A DNA stretch of 64,000 nt from Balanoglossus misakiensis (lineage: Eukaryota > Animalia > Hemichordata). This document shows positions 56,380-64,000 of this stretch, piece after piece. The stretch spans positions 5,406,202 through 5,470,201 of the forward strand of contig CM082588.2 of assembly GCA_040954595.2 (NCBI GenBank), written 5' to 3'. Below the pieces are notes generated by a model that worked only from the letters and a program-made list of their open reading frames with translations, had not been told where the DNA came from and did no database searches. Numbering within the stretch: the first letter of the stretch is position 1; each line of letters starts with the position of its first letter. Made by a program: the position numbers and the translations under genes.

Positions 56380-56533
56380 GGTCAGTGATTATGATCCAGA
56401 GCAGTACGCTGGAAATTATATACCAATCTTAGTAGTCGGGACCAAAATGGACCAAATCGATCCACGGAGGGAAAGTGTTTTGTCACGGAGCAGTCCCGTA
56501 GCAGAAGAATGCGGTGCTGATGAAATCAATTTA
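56380..56533 (+). CDS. RABL3: Rab-like protein 3, exon 5
   Basis: VSDYDPEQYAGNYIPILVVGTKMDQI...EECGADEINL with RABL3-type G4 (GTKxD); donor TTA|GTAAGT. Confidence 0.93.
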
Positions 56534-56699
56534 GTAAGTCAAAATGTGATACAAAATATTTTCAAAGGAAAAATACTTATCACTGAATAAAGAATGTAGA
56601 AGGAAAAGCTTGCAGAAGTGTTTTGGCATGGGTACCAACCTGACTGTTTATTATTTTCCATGATGACTGATGTCTTGCATAATGATTTTTGTCTTACAG

Positions 56700-56771
56700 G
56701 ATTGCTTACAGGCAAAGCATCTAGCAGCTGGGTCCACCAACTCTGTAAAACTCATCAGATTTTTTGATAAG
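56700..56771 (+). CDS. RABL3: Rab-like protein 3, exon 6
   Basis: DCLQAKHLAAGSTNSVKLIRFFDK; acceptor tcttacag, donor AAG|GTAAGG. Confidence 0.92.
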
Positions 56772-57101
56772 GTAAGGAGAACATGCTGATGCTTAAGTGA
56801 CATTGTCAAGCCAATAGGATGCGTCCTCACACTGTAACATTGCTATACTTTCATATGAACTGGTGTTTTATGAAGGTTTCAATATAGAGCTATCATTGTC
56901 TGGTCCTGTACAGTTTCTTCGAAACCTTTGCAGTAGTTATGTACATCCTACATGACATTAACTAAGCCACAGTAGTTGAAGTACATACTATTCTAATTAT
57001 CATGCGTAGTTACGTACAAAAGAAAAAAAAACTTTTCTACAGACTATTGCTGACTTCTTGAGACTCTGCCCTCTCGTCTTCTCTCTGTCACTCTGTATTA
57101 G

Positions 57102-57152
57102 GTGATACATCGCCGCTTTCACTCTGCCACTCCCAAGGATTCACCTAGTCAG
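57102..57152 (+). CDS. RABL3: Putative alternative RABL3 exon 7a (51 nt, phase 0/0)
   Basis: Long pyrimidine tract plus TAG acceptor; encodes VIHRRFHSATPKDSPSQ, resembling exon 7b (VIERRFF...Q); donor CAG|GTCTGT. Confidence 0.6.
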
Positions 57153-58780
57153 GTCTGTCCAAAAGCCAACTTCTACTATTATTCCTGACTTTGAATAACT
57201 TTCCAGCATGAGCACAGACACTCTGCATGAAGGCTTTTGTATTTTTATTTTTTTTCTTGCCATCCGAATCCATCTTGAATAACCCTTTCACTACTTATAA
57301 TGTATTGTAGTCTGCCTTTCATTCTGATGGTGTACACTGTTAAATGGGTTAGAGGGAAGGCAGAATTAAGAAAATTAAGATGGCTGCTTTTTTTTACTTG
57401 ATTTCTGCTGAAGCTTTATTTACATGCATGATTGCATTTGAGAATGATTAATGATAATCTATTTATTAAATATTTGCATTTTGAATTTGCATGTACTTTT
57501 TATGTTGTCATTGTTTTTCTGTACTTTGGTAGTCTCTTCTCCTTTTCCAGTTCTATCTGTGCATTCTAACATCATTCCATCACTCTGTATTATAAATATT
57601 TAAATAAAGAAATCTTGTCTTCTTTAGCATGGTGCATATGCATACACATCACACTTAGTCAAACTCTCTGTTTTCGACAAGAGTACAGACCTGACTGATC
57701 CAATCAGAAAAAAAAAACTTGACAAATAAAAAATAAACATTCTGATAAATGTTCTGTGTTGATCTCCTTGGTAAGATAGTCAGATAGTCAGTGGTATATG
57801 CTCTCAATGACACAGAAACCACAAAGATTCTATGTTTCTGGTGTCGCAAAATTTCACAGAAGTGCATGTCGCCGATATTCATTTGCATATGGTGCCTCAG
57901 TAGATTTTTATCAGGGTAAAGGTGGAGTGTTCCCCCAACAAGTCTCCAGTAGCATAGGATGTGGCTGAAATTTGTTTCCGTAAAAATGCATGGAAATGAT
58001 GATTTTTGGCAGGGGGTGATTTGGGTGTGGCAGAGAGAAGCAGGTGCAAAGTTAGTGAGTTAAACTTCATTCTTTCTCACAAATTCTTGTTGTTTTACAT
58101 CTCCACTGGGTACAATGTTTTGCATTTTTTTTTGTATTTTTCTGATCAAATCAGCAGATAGATTGACTTACCCATGAAACAATATCTGGGTTTAATTCTA
58201 TTTCCTATAATACTAAAATATTTGTGCTTGTTTTTCACTTATACAGAAAAATAAATTTATTTCTAAATTCCATGAATTAATCTCTCTGCTGCACCCAATT
58301 GTACAGTCTTAGTTCTTGTCCAGCTTGTTAGGGAATTTGCAGGGTCATGGTTCAAAGGTTCAAATTGGATATGATAGATTGAAATCACGTTAACCAGTTT
58401 GTGTTATTGCTATCAGAAAGGCACAGGCAATTCCACATTATTGCCTTCCTGGCTCATTTGGTTTAAGTGAGTCTATGTCAAAACAAAGTCGAAAGGTAAA
58501 TTTTGTTCGTTTTGTTTCCATGATTATTAGTGGCAAATCATCTTTTGTGAGATTTTTTAGTTACTAGTATTTTAATTGGGTTGTGATGACGTAGTTTGCA
58601 TTTTCCATATGACGTAATGTTGTGGTGGTGTGCGCCCTCTATGGCAATACATACATCAAACTGTTGTTTTTCTGCCGGTCGCTTTTTCATGCAGTGATTC
58701 AACTTTAATTGATAGAGTTTGACATCGCTGTCAAAATGAGATACTCATCTATTTTTTACTGCCTTCCCATGTCTTGACAG

Positions 58781-58819
58781 GTCATAGAAAGAAGATTTTT
58801 TGGAAGGGATCCAATACAG
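58781..58819 (+). CDS. RABL3: Rab-like protein 3, exon 7 (7b, 39 nt)
   Basis: VIERRFFGRDPIQ matches the vertebrate segment as recalled (VIEKRYFLREGNQ); acceptor cttgacag, donor CAG|GTTAGT. Confidence 0.88.
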
Positions 58820-58986
58820 GTTAGTCTGCAGCATTTGTTTGTTCTTTTCTGCATATAACAACAAAAGTTACCAGTGGGGAGTTTAATTGAAATTCGCCAT
58901 TTTTGTTCACCAGTATGTCTTAAAATATCACTGTCATATTAAATTAATTGTATTTTTTTTACGTATTTCATGTCTTTGCATTTCAG

Positions 58987-59055
58987 ACGGCGTCTTTTCA
59001 AGACAGGCGGAGACCACCACAGTACTCTAAACTCAAGAATATGCATCAAGATTGA
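58987..59055 (+). CDS. RABL3: Rab-like protein 3, terminal exon 8
   Basis: Acceptor tttcag; TASFQDRRRPPQYSKLKNMHQD* with no prenylation cysteines, as expected for RABL3. Total with exon 7b is 708 nt = 235 aa. AATAAA at 59458-59463. Confidence 0.88.
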   Translation, partial: TASFQDRRRPPQYSKLKNMHQD

Positions 59056-59197
59056 CCCTCAACACAACACTATGAATTTTAAAATTTTCATCAGTTTTCC
59101 CTGTCATAGTAACATTTTTGTCTTCTCAGTTTTTCGTAACTTTCTTTCCTTTTATCAGGAATTTCATTTTATTATCACTCGGAGCAATTTTCATTAA

Positions 59198-59370
59198 AGG
59201 TACACAGTCGCTGCTAATTTACATTATGCCCGTTTATGGTTCATTTCAAAGAAGCATGAATAACAGTTGCCATGACTGTTAAACAGTCAATTATTTTGCA
59301 TGATTCCAAGTGAAAAATTACGATTGGTTAGATCTCTATTGTATCGGGATTTGAAGTGCAACTTGCACCT
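59198..59370. mobile_element. TTAA-flanked MITE, family A, in the presumed RABL3 3' UTR
   Basis: TTAA|AGGTACACAGTCGC ... TGCACCT|TTAA; shares AATTTACAT..GCCC and GATTGG(T/C)TAGATCTC with the reverse complement of 28290-28473. Confidence 0.7.
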
Positions 59371-60022
59371 TTAAGCATTCGAATCGCACAATATTGGTCA
59401 ATGTTTTCTGTTTATAGAATTGTATTTTAGGGAATATATAAATGATGTAAATATAAGAATAAAGGCAATAATTTTGATTTAATACCATGTGGTAGTTATT
59501 GTGTTGCCCTCCCCCCCCCCCCCAGCCGTTTTTCACATGCCAGCTCTCAGTCATATACAACCAGGTGCACAAAGGTTTCTGCACAAGCATTCATGCACAG
59601 ACTGACTTTCATACATGGAAGATGACGTACAGCAACTTTCAGATTGGCTTTCATACAAACAAGCAAATGAGTGTAACAATGCAGCTTACATACATTGTGA
59701 TGTACATAGGCATGAGCAACAGACAAATTCACAATAGATTTCATAATGCAAGCCTATCTAATTTTATTTCAAGCCAACTAACTCACTACATTTTGAACCA
59801 AAAGTACATCAGAAGCCAAAGCTCCAATGGAATAAATCCGGAATTAGTGTTCAAATTAAAATTTTCGATCAGTACACATACACTTTGGAATGTTTCAACA
59901 TATTTCTCTTCAAGTTCAAGTCTACATATGATTAGATTTTTTTGCAGCAGAATTAAGCGTTCTATCAAAGCGGGGTTGGGTCAGGTCGGAGGGTGGTGTT
60001 TGGTCAGAAACTGGTAACCTCT

Positions 60023-60123
60023 TCACAGTTTCGCATCTTCAATTTCGTCTGGCTTGAAGGTGGAGTTCTCAATTCCACTTTCTTCATCGCAATGAGTTTC
60101 AGCCACAGTGTTGTAGACATTAC
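60023..60123 (-). CDS. Cadherin-like protein, terminal coding exon
   Basis: Acceptor cttttccacag, phase compatible (G+GT = Gly); reads GNVYNTVAETHCDEESGIENSTFKPDEIEDAKL*. Minus-strand AATAAA at 59763-59768. Confidence 0.75.
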
Positions 60124-60148
60124 CTGTGGAAAAGATATATTTATATGT

Positions 60149-60232
60149 CAAAGGGACAAAGTCGCTCACTGTTGACACTAAATTGGTCATTTTCGTTTTT
60201 CTTCGTATTATGTTGTTCAGCTCACTGAAGCA
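60149..60232. mobile_element. Partial family-B-like MITE end in the last intron of the cadherin-like gene
   Basis: AAAGGGACAAAGTCGCTCAC...TATTATGTTGTTCAGCTCACTG resembles 44531-44593; no second terminus seen. Confidence 0.45.
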
Positions 60233-60455
60233 TGCTCAATCACTTATTTTTACAAGTCGACTCTACCCTATATAGGGATATACCAATACAATGTAATCTT
60301 CAGCATTGACCGCAGTGAGAATAGTTCAAGCTATTTCGAAAGCAGAAGCAACTTCCGTCATTTACAAACCTTGAGTTGCAATATACACTGAATTATGTGA
60401 TACCCCAATAAACCCTCCCCTTATTGGGTGTTCGAAATATGTATTGTGGTTCTAC

Positions 60456-62359
60456 CTGAAGAGTTTGGTCCGGGAGTGTCAGAGTTTGTGGTGTGCCTCC
60501 TCGTGTACTCGGGTTGTGGCACTGAGGTGTCCATCTCTGTGTAGTCGCTCGCCTTGGTCGTTTTGCCCTGGTTCTGGTTCCTGTAGTAGCAGTGACAGAG
60601 GAGGATCAGCAGCAAGAGCGCCGCAACACCGAGCACCACGCCAGCGGCAATCAGACCAGTAGTGCGGGTGTCCTCGGCGACACCCACCGAAGTCTCGCAC
60701 GTCACGCCGCCCCATTTACTGTCGCATGAACACATGAACCCATCGTTGTCGGCAGTCGGTATGCAGGTCCCGCCGTTCTTGCAGGGCTTCGGGCCGCAAG
60801 GGTCGCCTTCTGTACAGATGGTTCCCTTCCAGCCTGAAGCACAGTTGCACTCGAAGCCGCCTTGCTTGACTTTGCACTTTCCTCCGTTCTTACATGGCTC
60901 CGTGTAGCAGTAGTCATAGGTGTCGCACCTGGGCCCGTTGTAACCTGGCAGGCAGGAGCAGGTGAAGCTCTCCCCGTCTCGGTCGCATGTGCCTCCGTTC
61001 CGGCAGAGATTGGGCTCGCACGGGTTCTTGGTTTGGCAGTTGGTGCCCTCGTAGCCGTAGGGACAGTCGCAAGTGTACGCGCCATCTCCGTCTGGTCTGC
61101 AGGTGGCACCGTTCTTGCAAGTGTTGGGGTGCTTCTCGCACGCGTTGACCATCGAGCAAGTGGGTCCCATCCAGCCGTGAGTACAGGTGCACTTGAACTC
61201 GTCCGGCACGATGTCCTCGCAGGAACCGCCGTTCATACACGGCTCACTCCAGCGACAAACCCTTTCATACTGGCAGACATCACCTTGGTAATCATCGGTA
61301 CAACTGCACGCGAACGACCCGGGATGTGGCACACACGTACCGTCATTCAGACACTGGTCATCTGCACACTGGTCAACTTCAACGCAATTGCCGTCTCCAT
61401 GGTCCTGGTATCCCTCTTTACACACGCATTCATGGCCTTCAAGGGTATCAACGCAGACTTCATTGTCCGTGCAGTTGCTCTGATCACATCCCATTGTGGT
61501 ACACCCTTCTACGACACCATCTGACGGAGTCGCCACGGTGCCGTCAGTTTCGCCAGAAAGGTCGATGTAATTCTTACCAATGCGCAGATCTGTCATGCAG
61601 CCGAGAAAGCCGTCACTCTTATCCGGCATAGCTCCGACAATCAGGCTTTTGCTGTCTTCCAGGTACTCTCGATACATTCCAGCGGAGCTTTCAACTTGCT
61701 GGCACCCGACTCCCTTGTCGACCTTTACAGTAAAGTGCATTCGAGAACGCACCAGGGTTACAGAGTGCCACATTGAATCGTTCACTTGAATTCCTGCCAC
61801 CTGTGATGTCATGTCGCCTCCCCCAATGTCATACTCGACGGTGACTAGTCCATCCATCAGTCTGATCCGGATGTACTCTTGTCCCTCCCGGGTAGCGACG
61901 GCAGTCGTGCTCAGGATGGTTCCAGACGGATTGGCCGTGCGGAACGAGATCTTATACATGGTCATCTTGGCGTTCAGTATGCTGACTACCCCTTCGCCCA
62001 GACTGTATGTGACATGGCCATCCGTTCCAAAGCGATACTCTGGCGTCTCCAGACTGCAGTCGGCACCATGGTAACCGGCATCGCAGTAGCAGTAATGCGA
62101 GGTCTTGTCGGCCACACACTCCCCGTGCCTGCAGACTGGCTGTGAGTTTGCATCCAGGCACCGACTGTAGATACTACTGCACGTGGCTTCGCTGTTCTCG
62201 GTCTTCGCTGGGTTCCCCAGGTGCAAAAGCTCGCCGTCTTGTTTCAAGTGCCTGATGCAGCCGTTGAAACCCCGGGTCAAATCGATGCCAACGCCTGTTG
62301 GGTAGGAGTAGGTTGGATCGGTTCCTCCGAGTTGTAATGCTGTGTTCAGATTCAAAATT
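60456..62359 (-). CDS. Cadherin-like protein, 1904-nt exon: end of LamG1, EGF2, LamG2, 7 EGF repeats, transmembrane helix, start of cytoplasmic tail
   Basis: In-frame join AG+A ILNLNTALQLGG...GFNGCIRHL; LamG2 (FRT...VNDSMWHSV...FLGCMTDLRI); seven six-cysteine EGF repeats; hydrophobic GLIAAGVVLGVAALLLLILL; phase-1 donor CAG|GTAGAA. Confidence 0.92.
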
Positions 62360-62654
62360 CTGTGCCAAAAAGTACAGAAAATTCCAATGAGAACTGTTGA
62401 TAATTGACAAAGAGCACACAGAAAGTGAGAAGTAAAAAAAAAAATACAGACTCTTTGAGGAATTTCTTCATATTGTATATGTCATTAATTTTGTCAGCTA
62501 TAAGCTTATGCCCTGTTATAGAACTGGTCAATTTCTCTTACCTGAGCTGTATGCAAGACTTCATGAAAATGACAATAGTGGGTTTATTAAAAACGATGCA
62601 ACCCTGGGTAAGACAAATTCCATGTGTCCCCCCTTGATAACGTTGTATACTCAC

Positions 62655-63385
62655 CTATCTGGACTTGGTAATACCCTTCCATGACTGAGGCACGAGGATG
62701 TGTTCTCGTTGCTGTACGTTGGATACTCTTCTACAGATGATGTCATGCATTCGTCGATCACCAGATAAACTTCAAATCCTTGCTTGTAAATGTCAACCTT
62801 GTGCCAGGTGTCATCGTCTAATCTTGGCGAATCCGATATATCGAGGATTAAGGTGCCGCCGCCCAAGTTGATGCTGAGCTTGACCAGACCGTCTTTCAAA
62901 CCTATAGCGATGAAATCTGACCTATCCGGGTTTTGGGCGATGGGGCCGTTGTATAGGAGCAGTCCATCGGCGGATGGTGTGAGGAACTCCACGCTGATGT
63001 GGGAATCGCTGCAGGTTACCAGCGGGTCGTACCAGGCGTAGCCGTTCCCCGAGAAGCTTCTCTTAGTGTCCTGGCATCTCGACCCGACATACCCCATGGG
63101 ACACGTGCACTTGTAGCCTATGGTCGTCACCTCGCAGGTGCCGCCGTTGTAGCACGGGTTGGGGCTGCAGGATCGGCGGGGGCAGTTGTGAGCCATGCAG
63201 CCGCACTGAGCGGTCATCGACGTCTTGACGGACAGCGACAACGAGTTGGGTCCGGTGTCTGCCAGTGTGTTATCGTCGGTGTCCAAGTTGTAGACTACGG
63301 AGCAGGAATTATCACCACAAACCGAGGAGTCGTCGCACGGGTTCACTTTGACCTTGTCGATAGTAAGGCCTATGGCCTGCTCAAT
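62655..63385 (-). CDS. N-cadherin/type-III classical-cadherin-like protein, internal exon (end of NC domain, EGF1, LamG1 first part); gene continues beyond the right edge
   Basis: Acceptor tttttccag then [17 protein letters not shown]...AQCGC...[12 protein letters not shown]...[34 protein letters not shown]...[10 protein letters not shown]...SDFIAIGL...[11 protein letters not shown]. This parallels the membrane-proximal region of Drosophila DN-cadherin as recalled (RCQQTTRSFRGNGWAWYPPLEMCDESHLSLEF). Phase-2 donor AG|GTGAGT. Confidence 0.88.
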
Positions 63386-64000
63386 CTGGAAAAATAAGAC
63401 ACATATAACATATTAACATCAAACCAATTTGAAAGGGCCATTTTAAATCCCTGGTTCTCGCAAGATTTCTGCGTACGGTGATAATGATTATCAGCAGCTA
63501 GTCTTTAGTCTTTTTTCTACTGTCAGTTCGGCGGAAAGCTTTGAATTTAACACTTTAAACGTTGAATGTGTCCCTGAAATATAAAATGTGTCATTTATTA
63601 TATTAGGCAGCGCGTCTACGCCAGTCTGCTCATAGCTGAACGCTTTGAACGACATAATAATACAACGCATATAGAGTTTTTGATGGAAAATCGTATTATA
63701 AGTAGGCAAATTGAAAATTAATCGCTTTTAGGCCCGTCAACAGCAGGCTTATTCTTTCAACAGATAAATGTACCTGGAATGCTATTATGATAATTTATGC
63801 TGACGGAATTAATGTCAGAAAACAGGGTTCGCTATAATCGTGGGTGACGTCATGTTTCGATTTCACACAAAAAATACACAACCGGTCGAATTGGCGACTA
63901 AATTGCTGACTTTAGTGCTTTGTTTTATAATCACAAAATAATCCGAATTTGATCCCCATCATATTTCAATTAAACATTTGCTGGATATACAGATACAATG

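Noticed and set aside
60023-60034. C-terminal AKL resembling a PTS1 peroxisomal signal
   Set aside because: It ends a type I membrane protein with a disulfide-rich ectodomain, so peroxisomal matrix import is implausible.
60444-63397. Many antisense and alternate-frame ORFs over the cadherin-like exons
   Set aside because: Shadows of high-GC coding sequence.

Overview
AT-rich animal genomic DNA with GT-AG spliceosomal introns. It is probably a marine invertebrate, plausibly a deuterostome (inference only). Four protein-coding genes can be reconstructed. (1) The first coding exon of a SAMD5-type SAM-domain gene (minus, 49161-48724). No second exon was found, so the left ~48.7 kb is probably one giant intron. 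(2) Complete GTF2E1/TFIIE-alpha (minus, 2 coding exons, 428 aa). (3) Complete RABL3 (plus, 8 exons, 235 aa), head-to-head with GTF2E1 and carrying a second, duplicated-looking version of exon 7. (4) The last three exons of an N-cadherin/type-III-like EGF-LamG transmembrane protein (minus), with seven membrane-proximal EGF repeats and a short tail lacking the catenin-binding domain. The non-coding part holds TA- and TTAA-flanked MITEs, microsatellites and clustered transcription-factor motifs. It also holds two sequence-divergent elements built on the same ~185-bp hairpin with three strand-specific tandem GA/GA mismatches. The main leads are that hairpin family, the RABL3-GTF2E1-SAMD5 linkage (which appears to join two human STXBP5/STXBP5L paralogous regions), the catenin-less cadherin-like receptor and the duplicated RABL3 exon.
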